Of a stretch of DNA of 64,000 nt, positions 43,646 through 57,787 are shown one piece after another. The stretch spans positions 23,440 to 87,439 of the forward strand of contig JAJDNH010000087.1 in the NCBI GenBank assembly GCA_022340775.1, in the 5' to 3' direction. Source of the stretch: Acidobacteriota bacterium. Its GTDB lineage: Bacteria; Acidobacteriota; Thermoanaerobaculia; Thermoanaerobaculales; Sulfomarinibacteraceae. The position numbers were made by a program, and so were the translations under genes. The notes under the pieces were generated by a model. That model was not told the DNA's origin. It ran no database searches and worked only from the letters and a program-made list of their open reading frames with translations. Each line of letters opens with the position of its first letter. Positions within the stretch are counted from its first letter, which is position 1.

Positions 43646-43868
43646 ATTGCCGGCCGAGAGGCCTCCAGAGGGTCGCTCGTGGCGGGCTAGCCCGCGTCAG
43701 TCATGAGCGGTCGTAGCGAGACCGGCGAGACGCTTGTCAACGTTGGGATCTGAGCGTCGAGGTGCCGCAGGCATACTCGGAGGGTATGTTGAGGACACCG
43801 AGACGCGAAGAGCACAGCGATGGCTGGCGTATCGTCGGTCGCAGTAGATCGCGAGTGATTGACGCGGG

Positions 43869-44261
43869 CTAAACCAGCTCGTCGACGAGCTCGCGGACTC
43901 GGCCCTCGATCATGCGGGCGATGGCGAGGTAGGTCTCGTCGTCCTCGCCAAACGGGTCGGAGATACTCCACACCCGGCTACCGGCCGCCAGGTTGAGCGG
44001 TAGCCAGCGCAGCCCTTCGCGGCCGATCAAGCTCACTACCAGGTCGACCTCTTCAAGAGGCACCTCGCCGAGCCCCTTGGACCTGAGCTCCCGATGGCTG
44101 TAGCCCAGGGTGGTCAGCGCGCGGCGCGTTCCGCTCGCGATGCGGCCGGTGGGAGAGATGCCGGCGGACAATGCCTCGAGCCGCCCGCCGCTCAGACTGC
44201 GGGCCATCGCTTCGGCCATCGGCGAGCGGCACGTGTTGCCGACGCAGATGAAGAGCACCAT
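43869..44261 (-). CDS. Low-molecular-weight protein-tyrosine phosphatase
   Basis: Start trimmed to ATG 44261. P-loop MVLFICVGNTCRSPMAEA and general-acid DP motif (SISDPFG). It lacks the extra Cys pair of Staphylococcus-type ArsC, so a phosphatase call is preferred over arsenate reductase. Confidence 0.8.
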   Translation of the reverse strand: MVLFICVGNTCRSPMAEAMARSLSGGRLEALSAGISPTGRIASGTRRALTTLGYSHRELRSKGLGEVPLEEVDLVVSLIGREGLRWLPLNLAAGSRVWSISDPFGEDDETYLAIARMIEGRVRELVDELV

Positions 44262-44279
44262 CGGACGTGACACGCGGCG

Positions 44280-44321
44280 ATTGTACGCGGGGTTTGTGGT
44301 CGACGGAAACCCCAGTACAAT
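44280..44321. repeat. Near-perfect inverted repeat in the phosphatase/tnaA divergent intergenic region
   Basis: ATTGTACGCGGGGTTT-gtggtcgacgg-AAACCCCAGTACAAT forms 7+7 paired positions with a small internal mismatch. The 11-nt centre contains GTCGAC. A second hairpin, CCCGCG-N11-CGCGGG, follows at 44324-44346. Confidence 0.7.
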
Positions 44322-44376
44322 CACCCGCGCTCGCACGCGACGCGGGCAACAAGCGCCGGCGCAGAGGAGGGATACC

Positions 44377-45789
44377 ATGCAACACGGTGCCGAGCCCTGG
44401 CGGGTCAAGGTCGTCGAGCCCATCTCCCTACCCGACAAGGACACCAGGAGGCGACGGCTTGAAGAAGCCGGCTACAATGTTTTCGCGATTCCGGCCGCCG
44501 ACATCTTCATCGATCTCCTGACCGACTCCGGCACCTCGGCGATGTCGCAAAACCAGTGGGCCGGGTTGATGGTCGGCGACGAGTCGTACGCCGGCGCGCG
44601 CAACTTCTACAACTTCCAGGAGACGGTCCAGGAAATCACCGGGCTGCCGTTCGTGATCCCGACTCATCAGGGACGGGTGGCGGAGAACCTCCTCTTCACC
44701 ACCCTGGTCAAGCCTGGCATGAGGGTACCCTCCAACAGCCACTTCGATACCACCCGAGCCAACATCGAGGTGCACGGCGGCGAAGCGGCCGACCTGGTGA
44801 TTGCCGAGGGCCGCGATCCCGATGCCGACCACCCGTTCAAAGGCAACATTGACCTGGGGCGCCTCGACGCATTCCTGAAAGAGAACGGCCGCGACCACGT
44901 CCCGATCGCGATGCTCACGATCACGAACAACTCCGGCGGCGGGCAGCCGGTTAGCCTGGCCAACATCCGTGGCATGGCGGAGGTGTGTCGGCGGCACGGC
45001 GTGCCGTTCTTCCTCGACGCCTGCCGCTTCGCGGAGAACGCGTGGTTCATCAAGCAGCGGGAGCCGGGACAGGGCCACCGCAGCGTGCCCGAGATCGTGG
45101 CGGACATGTTCCACGCTGCCGACGGCTGCACCATGAGCGCCAAAAAGGACGGGCTCGCGAACATCGGCGGCTTCATCGCGATGCGTGATCAGGGGCTGTT
45201 CGAGAAGCTGAAGAACATGCTGATCCTGATTGAGGGCTTCCCGACCTATGGCGGTCTCGCCGGCCGCGATCTGGAGGCCGTGGCACGCGGACTCCGCGAG
45301 GTGCTCGACGAGCGCTACCTGCAGTTCAGGGTCGGACAGGTGCAGGCCTTCTGGGAACACCTCGACCGCCGCGGAGTGCCGATGATCCGTCCTCCCGGCG
45401 GCCACGCCGTCTACCTGGACGCGCGGCGGTTCCTTCCCCACCTGGCGCAGGAGGATTACCCTGCGCAGGCGCTGACCGTGGCCCTGTACCTCGATGGAGG
45501 CGTGCGCGGAGTCGAAATTGGCGGCGTCATGTTTGGCAAGACCGATCCGCAGACCGGTACCGCCGTCTGGCCGCAGCTGGAGCTGGTACGCCTGGCAATC
45601 CCACGCCGCGTGTACACCAACACACACCTCGAGTACGTAGCCGAAGTGATCGAGAGGTTGTACGCCAACCGGGCGGCGGTTGGCGGCCTGCGGATGGTGT
45701 ATGCGGCGGAGGTGCTCCGTCACTTCACGGCGCGGTTCGAACCGCTTTCGCCAGCACGGCCAGCCGCTCCGCCTGCGGACCAGGTGTAA
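44377..45789 (+). CDS. tnaA: Tryptophanase (beta-eliminating lyase family)
   Basis: Start trimmed to ATG 44377, with GAGGAGG upstream. IDLLTDSGTSAMS, IPTHQGRVAEN, ITNNSGGGQPVSLANI, RFAENAWFIKQRE, PLP-lysine context MSAKKDGLANIGGF, EGFPTYGGLAGRD. HFDTTRAN carries the Asp of TnaA (FDTT) rather than the Thr of tyrosine phenol-lyase (FTTT). Confidence 0.85.
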   Translation: MQHGAEPWRVKVVEPISLPDKDTRRRRLEEAGYNVFAIPAADIFIDLLTDSGTSAMSQNQWAGLMVGDESYAGARNFYNFQETVQEITGLPFVIPTHQGRVAENLLFTTLVKPGMRVPSNSHFDTTRANIEVHGGEAADLVIAEGRDPDADHPFKGNIDLGRLDAFLKENGRDHVPIAMLTITNNSGGGQPVSLANIRGMAEVCRRHGVPFFLDACRFAENAWFIKQREPGQGHRSVPEIVADMFHAADGCTMSAKKDGLANIGGFIAMRDQGLFEKLKNMLILIEGFPTYGGLAGRDLEAVARGLREVLDERYLQFRVGQVQAFWEHLDRRGVPMIRPPGGHAVYLDARRFLPHLAQEDYPAQALTVALYLDGGVRGVEIGGVMFGKTDPQTGTAVWPQLELVRLAIPRRVYTNTHLEYVAEVIERLYANRAAVGGLRMVYAAEVLRHFTARFEPLSPARPAAPPADQV

Positions 45790-45854
45790 GCGGCGACACA
45801 GGTCTCAGAGGCGCGGACAATTGACCTCGGAAGGCCAGAGGTTGTAGCCTACAG

Positions 45855-46571
45855 ATGCCGCGGAGGTGCGTGCAGGGCGTGGTTCTAACGGGTTACAACA
45901 CCGACATCGATTTTCGAGGGATGACCTACCACGTCCAGACCGAGGACAAGGGGCGGTCGAACCCCGTGATCGAGTCTCTGGTCTACGCCAACGGCGAGAT
46001 TCTCTACTCGCGCCGGACCCAGTACCGGGAGCTGGTGGACGAGGGCATCGACGTCAAAGCGGTGGCCAGCCTGATGGATCGCCAGCACCGGACAATTGTC
46101 GAGGCGATTCGGCGCGGCATGCTCGAAGAGCTCTCCTCGCACCCGGAGGTCGCAGACGAGGGAGACGATACCGCCGTCTCCTCGGCGTCGCCGCTGGTCC
46201 CGAGCCAGGGTGAGGACCGTACCCTGGATCAGGTGATTCTCGAGTACCTCGAGGCCCAGAAGGAGCAGGCACACCTGGTGCTGCGGTCGGCCGAAAACGA
46301 GGACTTTATTTACGGCGCCGAGGTCACGGTCCGGGTTGTGGCGCTGAACTCCCGCTCGGATGAGCCGGAGGGCGGAGTCCGTATCTCGGTGGTGTTCAAG
46401 TCGACCGCAGAGCCGCGCCGGCTGTTGCTGGCCGAGGGTGTGACCGATGACGAGGGCGCGTTTGAGGCGGTCGCGCAGCTCCCTGATTTCAATGGTGGGA
46501 CGTCGGCGGTGGTCGTGGCAGCCGAGGGACGGCTGGGCCAAGCCGAGATGAAGCACCTGGTCCACCGCTGA
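45855..46571 (+). CDS. Hypothetical protein
   Basis: 238-aa ORF with good GC3. N-terminal ...GYNTDIDFRGMTYHVQTEDKGRSNPVIESLVYANGEILYSRRTQY is a conserved-looking small domain I cannot name. Start is either ATG 45855 (possible leaderless) or ATG 45921. Confidence 0.55.
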   Translation: MPRRCVQGVVLTGYNTDIDFRGMTYHVQTEDKGRSNPVIESLVYANGEILYSRRTQYRELVDEGIDVKAVASLMDRQHRTIVEAIRRGMLEELSSHPEVADEGDDTAVSSASPLVPSQGEDRTLDQVILEYLEAQKEQAHLVLRSAENEDFIYGAEVTVRVVALNSRSDEPEGGVRISVVFKSTAEPRRLLLAEGVTDDEGAFEAVAQLPDFNGGTSAVVVAAEGRLGQAEMKHLVHR

Positions 46572-46616
46572 AGGGATCTCGCGTGCGCAGGCCCCGGCTC
46601 CGCATCGCCGGCGGGG

Positions 46617-46645
46617 TTGCTCCACATGGAAATCTGCTGTAAACT
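46617..46645 (+). promoter_or_regulatory. Sigma70-type promoter candidate for the tRNA-Lys/tRNA-Leu (and possibly tig) unit
   Basis: TTGCTC (46617-46622), a 17-nt spacer, then TAAACT (46640-46645). It ends 13 nt before the tRNA-Lys 5' end. Confidence 0.45.
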
Positions 46646-46658
46646 GCGCTTTGCGTGT

Positions 46659-46734
46659 GGGCCGTTAGCTCAATTGGCAGAGCAAGGGACTCTTAATCCC
46701 TAGGTTGGAGGTTCGATTCCTCCACGGCTCACCA
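46659..46734 (+). tRNA. tRNA-Lys (anticodon CTT)
   Basis: GGGCCGT acceptor pairing with ACGGCTC. D-arm GCTC/GAGC. Anticodon stem AGGGA/TCCCT with loop CTCTTAA. T-arm GGAGG-TTCGATT-CCTCC. Encoded CCA. Confidence 0.92.
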
Positions 46735-46748
46735 ACCTCCTTTTCGCT

Positions 46749-46836
<88 letters not shown>

Positions 46837-46849
46837 GGAGTTCAGATCC

Positions 46850-48133
46850 ATGCCATATCAGCTCACACGTCGTCCCGATCACACGATCGAGGTCACGGCC
46901 CACGCCGACTCCGAGACGGTGGAGGCCGAGCGCCTGCAGATCCTGCACAACGTGCGCCGCTCCGCCCGTGTCCCCGGCTTCCGGCCGGGCAAGGCACCGC
47001 TGTCGGTCATTCGCACTCGCTTCGGTGATGCCGTCCAGAGCGAGCTCGAGGAGCACCTCTCCAAGCACCTCTGGCAGGAGGTGCTCGACGGCGAGGAAGG
47101 GCTGGAGCCGCTGACGCCGCTGCAGGTCAAGAGCGCCGTCTTCAAGGACGATGGCTCGTTTGCGATCGATGCCGAGCTCGAGGTCCGGCCCCGCTACGAC
47201 CTCACACCGGTCGACAAGCTGACGCTGCCCGAGATCGCGATCTCTGTCACCGACGGGGAGGTCGAGCAGGAGCTGGAGAAGCTGCGCAAGGAGCAGGCAG
47301 CGTGGGAGCCGGTTGACGACCAGCCGGCCGAGGACGGCATGTTGGTCGAGATCGATCTCCACGGGGAGTACGTGGACGGCGATGGCGAGCCGTTCAGCAG
47401 CGAAGGGGTCCGCTTCGAGCTCGGCGAGGATGGGGTATTCGCGGAGATCCAGGAGGCCCTGCAAGGCGCCAAGCCGGGCCAGGAAGTAACCGCCGAGAGG
47501 CGCTTCCCGGATGATGACCAGGATCAGGAGCGGGCCGGCAAGTCCGTCCGCTACCGCATCGATGTGCTCAGCCTCAAGCGTCAGATCCTGCCCGATCTCG
47601 ATGACGACTTCGCGGCCGGGTTCGGTTTCGACGGCCTCGAGGCGCTGAGCGGGCGGGCTCGCGACGCGATCCAGGCCCGCAAGAACAGCGAGCGTCGCAG
47701 CAGCTGGCGGAGAGCCCTTCTCGACCAGCTCGAGGAGGGGATCGACCAGAACCAGCTGCCGCCAACCCTTGTCCGACGCGATCTCCGAGAGGAGATGGAG
47801 CGGTACGCCTACGCGATGGCGATGCAGGGCAAGGATCCGCGCAGTGAAGATACCGACTGGCAGCGGATCTCGGCTGAGCTGGAACCGCAGGTCCGCCGCA
47901 AGGTGCTCGACAGCCTGGTTCTCGAGCAGCTCGGCGAGGATTGGGCAACCGAGGTGCCCGAGGACGAGGTCAACAGCTTCCTGCAGGAAGATGCACACCG
48001 CCGCGGTGTGCCCGTGGCGGAGCACACGGCAAACCTGGAGAAGGAAGGACGTCTCGACGAGATCCGGCACGCGGCACGCGTCTCGGCCACGGTCGACGAG
48101 CTCATCCGGCGTGCCGGCGGGGAGGTGGAGTGA
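46850..48133 (+). CDS. tig: Trigger factor
   Basis: 427 aa, acidic. N-terminal ribosome-binding-domain pattern ...[14 protein letters not shown]. Canonical position upstream of clpP-clpX. Confidence 0.9.
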   Translation: MPYQLTRRPDHTIEVTAHADSETVEAERLQILHNVRRSARVPGFRPGKAPLSVIRTRFGDAVQSELEEHLSKHLWQEVLDGEEGLEPLTPLQVKSAVFKDDGSFAIDAELEVRPRYDLTPVDKLTLPEIAISVTDGEVEQELEKLRKEQAAWEPVDDQPAEDGMLVEIDLHGEYVDGDGEPFSSEGVRFELGEDGVFAEIQEALQGAKPGQEVTAERRFPDDDQDQERAGKSVRYRIDVLSLKRQILPDLDDDFAAGFGFDGLEALSGRARDAIQARKNSERRSSWRRALLDQLEEGIDQNQLPPTLVRRDLREEMERYAYAMAMQGKDPRSEDTDWQRISAELEPQVRRKVLDSLVLEQLGEDWATEVPEDEVNSFLQEDAHRRGVPVAEHTANLEKEGRLDEIRHAARVSATVDELIRRAGGEVE

Positions 48134-48717
48134 TGCTAGTACCGATAGTGGTCGAGCAGACCAGCCGCGGGGAGCGTGCCTTCGACATCTTCTCGCGTTT
48201 GCTGAAGGACAACGTCATCTTCCTGGGAGCCCCAATCGACGACCAGGTTGCCTCCCTGGTGATCGCACAGCTTCTCTTCTTGGAGGCGGAGAACCCGGAG
48301 AAGGACATCTTCCTCTATGTCAACTCGCCAGGGGGATCGATTACCGCCGGGCTCGCGATCTACGACACGATGCAGTACGTGAAGCCAGACGTCAGCACGA
48401 TCTGTCTCGGGCAGGCAGCCTCGATGGCGGCGGTGCTGCTGGCCGGAGGCGCAAGCAAGAAACGGTTCGCGCTGCCTCACAGCCGCGTCCTCCTGCACCA
48501 GCCGCTGATGTACGGGCTGCAGGGACAGGCCACAGACATCGATATCCATGCCAAGGACCTGATGCGCCTACGAGAGCGACTCAACGAGATCCTGGCGCAC
48601 CACACTGGTAAAGGGGTCGATCAGATCCACCAGGATACGGAGCGCGACTTCATCCTCGAGGCCGACGGGGCTCTCGAGTACGGTGTGATCGACAAGGTCA
48701 TCGCCTCGAGAGAGTGA
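48133..48717 (+). CDS. clpP: ATP-dependent Clp protease proteolytic subunit ClpP
   Basis: ATG 48133 shares a base with the tig [35 protein letters not shown]..., catalytic Ser context [15 protein letters not shown]. Confidence 0.96.
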   Translation: MLVPIVVEQTSRGERAFDIFSRLLKDNVIFLGAPIDDQVASLVIAQLLFLEAENPEKDIFLYVNSPGGSITAGLAIYDTMQYVKPDVSTICLGQAASMAAVLLAGGASKKRFALPHSRVLLHQPLMYGLQGQATDIDIHAKDLMRLRERLNEILAHHTGKGVDQIHQDTERDFILEADGALEYGVIDKVIASRE

Positions 48718-48772
48718 GGAATCCTGAAGGCGGCGGAGAAGTGGTAGTATACAATGTTCCGAGGAGGGCCTG

Positions 48773-50008
<1,236 letters not shown>

Positions 50009-50037
50009 ACCCACCGGTCCTTCATAGGTTGGAACCC

Positions 50038-52434
<2,397 letters not shown>

Positions 52435-52438
52435 TGCC

Positions 52439-53041
52439 GTGGAGATCAAGGATGTCACCTTTCTGCAATCGGCGCTCAGCACTGCTTCGCGGCCCAAGGA
52501 CTGGCTGCCGCAGGTTGCGGTCGCAGGACGGTCGAACGTTGGCAAGTCGAGCCTACTGAACTGGTTATGTCGGCGTCAGATGGCCCGGGTCGCAAAAGCG
52601 CCGGGCAAGACGCGGACCTTGAACTTCTATCTGGTCAACCGGGCGTTCTTCCTGGTTGATCTGCCGGGTTACGGTTATGCGAAGGTGCAAAGCAGGTTAC
52701 GACAGCAGTGGGGCGCGGAGCTCGCGCGGTACCTCGCGGGCGAGACGCGATTGGCGGGCGTCGTGAGCCTGATCGATATCCGCCACGGGCCGAGCCCCCT
52801 CGACTTCGAGCTGCAGGAGCTGCTGCTCGAGAACGGGAGGGAGCGCCTTGTAGTGCTGACCAAGGCCGACAAGGTCAACCGTTCCCATCGCGCCGACATG
52901 CGCCGCGAGGTCCAACTCGCGTTCGGGGTCCCAACCCCGCCGCTCGTGGTGAGTGTTCGCTCAGGAGAGGGACGCAGGGAGCTTCTGGACGGGATCGAGG
53001 ATCTGCTTGATAGGTGGAGAGAGAAACAGCGAGGAGAGTGA
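52439..53041 (+). CDS. engB: Ribosome biogenesis GTP-binding protein EngB (YsxC/YihA)
   Basis: Start moved to GTG 52439, just after the lon stop; the ORF-track ATG lies inside lon. ...[20 protein letters not shown]...[12 protein letters not shown]...VLTKADKV. Confidence 0.85.
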   Translation: MEIKDVTFLQSALSTASRPKDWLPQVAVAGRSNVGKSSLLNWLCRRQMARVAKAPGKTRTLNFYLVNRAFFLVDLPGYGYAKVQSRLRQQWGAELARYLAGETRLAGVVSLIDIRHGPSPLDFELQELLLENGRERLVVLTKADKVNRSHRADMRREVQLAFGVPTPPLVVSVRSGEGRRELLDGIEDLLDRWREKQRGE

Positions 53042-53042
53042 G

Positions 53043-54407
<1,365 letters not shown>

Positions 54408-54433
54408 GCATTCGCGGAGCGAGTTCGGCGGAG

Positions 54434-55552
54434 ATGAAAGACTCTCGGACACAAGCTGGTTGTAGGCAAAGGAGTAGGTTGCGAGTGGACGTTCAGGAGA
54501 CCCTGCAGAAAGCCGTCGACGGGAATCGGCTGGAGCGGGGCGAGGTACAGGCGCTCTTCGAGGATGCACCCCTGCTCGACCTGGGGCAAGCCGCCGACCT
54601 CGTCCGCGGGCGCCACACGAACCCCACCGAAGGCACCTATATCATCGATCGCAACATCAACTACACCAACGTCTGCGTCTACCGGTGCCGCTTCTGCGCG
54701 TTCTACCGCACGCCCAAGGACGGCGATGCGTACGTTCTCCCGTTCGAGGAGCTTGCGGAAAAGGTGGCGGAGACGGTGGCTGCCGGTGGGACCGGAATCC
54801 TCCTCCAGGGCGGCGTCCACCCGGCGCTGCGTCTCTCCTACTACGAAGACCTGTTGCGGCGTCTCAAGACCACGTTCCCGCAAATCCACCTCCATGCGTT
54901 TTCCGCTCCAGAGGTGTGGTACGTGGCCAAGCTCGAGAGAATGCCGGTACGCGAGGTGATTCGGCGCCTGATGGAGGCCGGCCTAGACTCGATCCCCGGC
55001 GGCGGTGCGGAGATTCTCGAGGACGAGACGCGTCGGCGCATCTGGTCACGTGCCAAGGCTTCAACCGCGCAGTGGCTGAACGTCCACCGGGAGGCCCACA
55101 GGCTCGGTTTGCGCACCACGGCCACGATGATGTTCGGGGTTGGCGAGCCATACACCGCAAGGGTCGACCACCTGACGGCGATCCGCGAGCTGCAGGACGA
55201 GACCGGCGGTTTCACAGCCTTCATCCCCTGGACCTTCCAGGAAGAGAACACGGACCTCGAGGGAGAGGTCGCAACCGCGGGCGGCTATGAGTACCTGCGG
55301 ACGCTCGCGATCTCCCGCTTGGCGCTCGACAACATCCAGCACGTCCAGGGCTCATGGGTGACGCAGGGCCCGAAAATCGGCCAGGTGTCCCTGTTCTTCG
55401 GGGCCGACGACCTCGGTTCGATCATGCTCGAGGAGAACGTCGTCGCCGCGGCGGGTGCGCAGCACCGGATGACGCAGGCGGACATGGAACGTGTGATCTC
55501 CGAGGCCGGCCGCCGGCCCCGCCAGCGCCGCAGCCTCCACGACCCACTCTAG
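54434..55552 (+). CDS. Radical SAM menaquinone (futalosine pathway) enzyme, MqnC/MqnE (CofH-like) family
   Basis: [23 protein letters not shown] (CxxxCxxC radical SAM cluster)...[13 protein letters not shown]...[10 protein letters not shown]...FIPWTF. I cannot tell MqnC from MqnE by eye. Start is uncertain: ATG 54434, with TTG/GTG alternatives about 50 nt downstream. Confidence 0.75.
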   Translation: MKDSRTQAGCRQRSRLRVDVQETLQKAVDGNRLERGEVQALFEDAPLLDLGQAADLVRGRHTNPTEGTYIIDRNINYTNVCVYRCRFCAFYRTPKDGDAYVLPFEELAEKVAETVAAGGTGILLQGGVHPALRLSYYEDLLRRLKTTFPQIHLHAFSAPEVWYVAKLERMPVREVIRRLMEAGLDSIPGGGAEILEDETRRRIWSRAKASTAQWLNVHREAHRLGLRTTATMMFGVGEPYTARVDHLTAIRELQDETGGFTAFIPWTFQEENTDLEGEVATAGGYEYLRTLAISRLALDNIQHVQGSWVTQGPKIGQVSLFFGADDLGSIMLEENVVAAAGAQHRMTQADMERVISEAGRRPRQRRSLHDPL

Positions 55553-56296
55553 AGCCCGGCCCGGGAAGACGGGAAACGGGCAACGGAAAACGCTCCCCCT
55601 CCCACCCGGAGAACGGGGCCGAAGCGCGCTCCAGAGAATCTGGCGCTCAAACGGGCGTGCCGGGCGCGGCATCTCCCCTGCAGCGCGACCGGCAGCCGAG
55701 CTCGGGGGGAGGGGAATGCCGACGCCGGGCTCCCACGGCCCTTGGCGCTGGAGGCATCGGCCTCACGATTGGATGAGGCGGCCCGAGCGGCTTCCGGCGG
55801 GAGCCTCGAGGCTACCGATCCGTTCTCGTGGCCTTGCGACCGCCGGAGACGCGAGGCGTGCGGCCACCCGGTGACCGCACGGCCGCCGGAGCCGCGGAGA
55901 AGGACCCTCCGGTGCGCTCGGCGGGAAGGTCCCGCGGGCCGTCAGAAGGAACGTCCTCCGAGGCAATGTTGGGGAGTCTCTTCTGTACCTCCGGCGCCCG
56001 GACGACTGCTTCGCAGACGTCCGTCGCCACCTGCCTCGAAGCGGGCAACGGGCTCGGCCTCTGAACCGACTTCGATGCCCGCTCCGGGCAGGCGGCGAGG
56101 CGCCTTCCTCGAAGCTGTAACCAGACAGGCGAGCGCTCCTCCCGCGCATTGCCAAGCTCGAGGTTTCCAGCCAACGTGCCGGTGCGGAAACGGTCCTTCA
56201 GGAAACCTCGAAGCATGGCACGTGCCACCGAACGCACCCTGTCGGAGACGCGAGACGTGCAGTTGCCTTGGGCCGCGTGCCGGTGGGGAATGCGGG

Positions 56297-57787
56297 CTAA
56301 GAGAGGATTTCGTACTGCTCGAGGTGGAAGGTGGGGTTCTCCCTGAGCACGACCTCGAAGCGGTGGACCTCCTCCATCTCTCGCAACACCTCGCGGAACG
56401 GCCCCTGCAGGTAGTGCGAGATCTCGGGGTGTACGACCAGGGAAAGCTGCGCCGCCCGCTCCCGCTCGGCGGTCGTCAGCAGCTCCCTCCGGATCTCGAG
56501 ACACACGGTCGCCAGCGATTTGATGCGGCCGGACCCGTGGCAGTAAGGACACTCCTGGCTGAGCATGACGTCGAGGCTGGGACGGCTTTTCTTACGCGTC
56601 AGCTGGACAAGGCCGATATCGCTCATCGGCAGCAGTTGGCTGCGGGCGCGGTCAGTCTGAAGCTCGGCCGCCAGGGCCTCGTACACCTGGAGACGGTGGG
56701 CAGCGTCCTCCATGTCGATAAAGTCGATGACGATGATGCCACCAAGATCGCGCAGCCGAAGCTGACGCACGATCTCGCGCACCGCCTCGATGTTGATGCG
56801 GAAAACCGTGTCCTCGAGGGAAGTGCTGCCGACGTACTTGCCGGTATTGACGTCGATCGCGACCAGTGCCTCCGTCTGGTTCACGACCAGGTAGCCGCCG
56901 GACTTCAGCCATACCTTGGGGCGCAAGGCCTTGTCGAGCTCACGGTCAATGGCGAACGCCGCCATCAGGTCGCCGGGCCGACGGAAAAGCTTCACGCGTT
57001 GTACCAGTGCCGCGTCGCGTTGATCGAGAAGCTCGACGGCCTCGCGGTAGGCATCGACATCATCGACCCAGCACTCGCGGACGGACTCGGTCAACATGTC
57101 GCGAACCGAGCGCAGCGCAGGGCTCAACTCCCTGTGAACCAGGACCGGGGATGGGCTGCCTTCGGTCACCCTCTGCACTCGGTCCCAGAGCTGCCGCAAC
57201 ACCCAGCGATCAGCCTCCAGCTCGGCCGCCCCCTGGCCCTCTCCGGCGGTACGGACAATCCACCCGCCTGGGTCATCGAACTCTTCGATGATCTCCCTCA
57301 GCCGCGCCCTCTCGTCGGCGTCGGTGATGCGCCGCGACACGCCGCGCTGCACGATCGTCGGCAGGTAGACCAGGAAGCGTCCGGGCAGGCTGATGTAGCT
57401 GGTGAGGCGTGGGCCCTTGGTGCCAAGGCCGTCGCGAACCACTTGGACCAAGACCTCCTGCCCCTCACGCAACAGCTCATCGATCGTTGCATCGTTGGCG
57501 GGCGGGGCGAGCTCCTCCCCGGCTTCGTCGAGGAACAGATCGGAGTAGTCGTCAACCACCGCGCCGGCCTCGCGGACATAGAGAAAGCCATCGCGCCCCA
57601 CGCCGACATCGACAAACGCCGCCTGCATGCCGGGGAGCACCCGGGTGACCGTTCCCCGGTAGAGGTTGCCGACCAGCGAAGAGGCGCGGTGACGCTCGGT
57701 CCGGTAGGTCACCAGGCGTCCGTTCTCACGCAGCGCAACCCGGGTTTCGAACGGGTTGACGGACAGGTACATTGAGGCCTCGGTCAT
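56297..57787 (-). CDS. rng: Ribonuclease G / E-family endoribonuclease (Rng/CafA-like)
   Basis: Start trimmed to ATG 57787, an ATGA overlap with the rodA stop. S1 domain VGNLYRGTVTRVLPGMQAAFVDVGVGRDGFLYV. ...GGIIVIDFIDM (catalytic core). About 496 aa, the RNase G size. It is the last gene of the mre operon, as in E. coli mreBCD-yhdE-rng. The 847-aa ORF-track entry is an artefactual upstream extension. Confidence 0.88.
   Translation of the reverse strand: MTEASMYLSVNPFETRVALRENGRLVTYRTERHRASSLVGNLYRGTVTRVLPGMQAAFVDVGVGRDGFLYVREAGAVVDDYSDLFLDEAGEELAPPANDATIDELLREGQEVLVQVVRDGLGTKGPRLTSYISLPGRFLVYLPTIVQRGVSRRITDADERARLREIIEEFDDPGGWIVRTAGEGQGAAELEADRWVLRQLWDRVQRVTEGSPSPVLVHRELSPALRSVRDMLTESVRECWVDDVDAYREAVELLDQRDAALVQRVKLFRRPGDLMAAFAIDRELDKALRPKVWLKSGGYLVVNQTEALVAIDVNTGKYVGSTSLEDTVFRINIEAVREIVRQLRLRDLGGIIVIDFIDMEDAAHRLQVYEALAAELQTDRARSQLLPMSDIGLVQLTRKKSRPSLDVMLSQECPYCHGSGRIKSLATVCLEIRRELLTTAERERAAQLSLVVHPEISHYLQGPFREVLREMEEVHRFEVVLRENPTFHLEQYEILS

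Noticed and set aside
44267-44521. 84-aa GTG-initiated ORF upstream of and overlapping tnaA, with a Trp at residue 11, considered as a TnaC-like leader peptide
   Set aside because: It does not terminate before tnaA, running 145 nt into it in another frame. It starts inside the divergent promoter region and has no RBS. It is not comparable to the 24-aa TnaC.
44428-45723. 431-aa minus-strand ORF
   Set aside because: Antisense to tryptophanase. A shadow ORF.
55553-56296. Tested the gap for RNase P RNA, tmRNA and SRP RNA
   Set aside because: A GAAGCTG-ACCAGACAG string near 56110 resembles the E. coli RNase P RNA 5' end. However, the universal GAGGAAAGTCCGGGC and ACAGAA-CCGGCTTA elements are absent on both strands. 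There is no tRNA-like T-arm/CCA end or tag-peptide ORF for tmRNA, and no SRP GGAA/AGCA tetraloop domain. The region is therefore left unassigned rather than called.
55742-57775. 677-aa plus-strand ORF
   Set aside because: Most of it is antisense to the RNase G gene. The N-terminal part in the 55.7-56.3 kb gap is Arg/Pro-rich with no recognisable domain.
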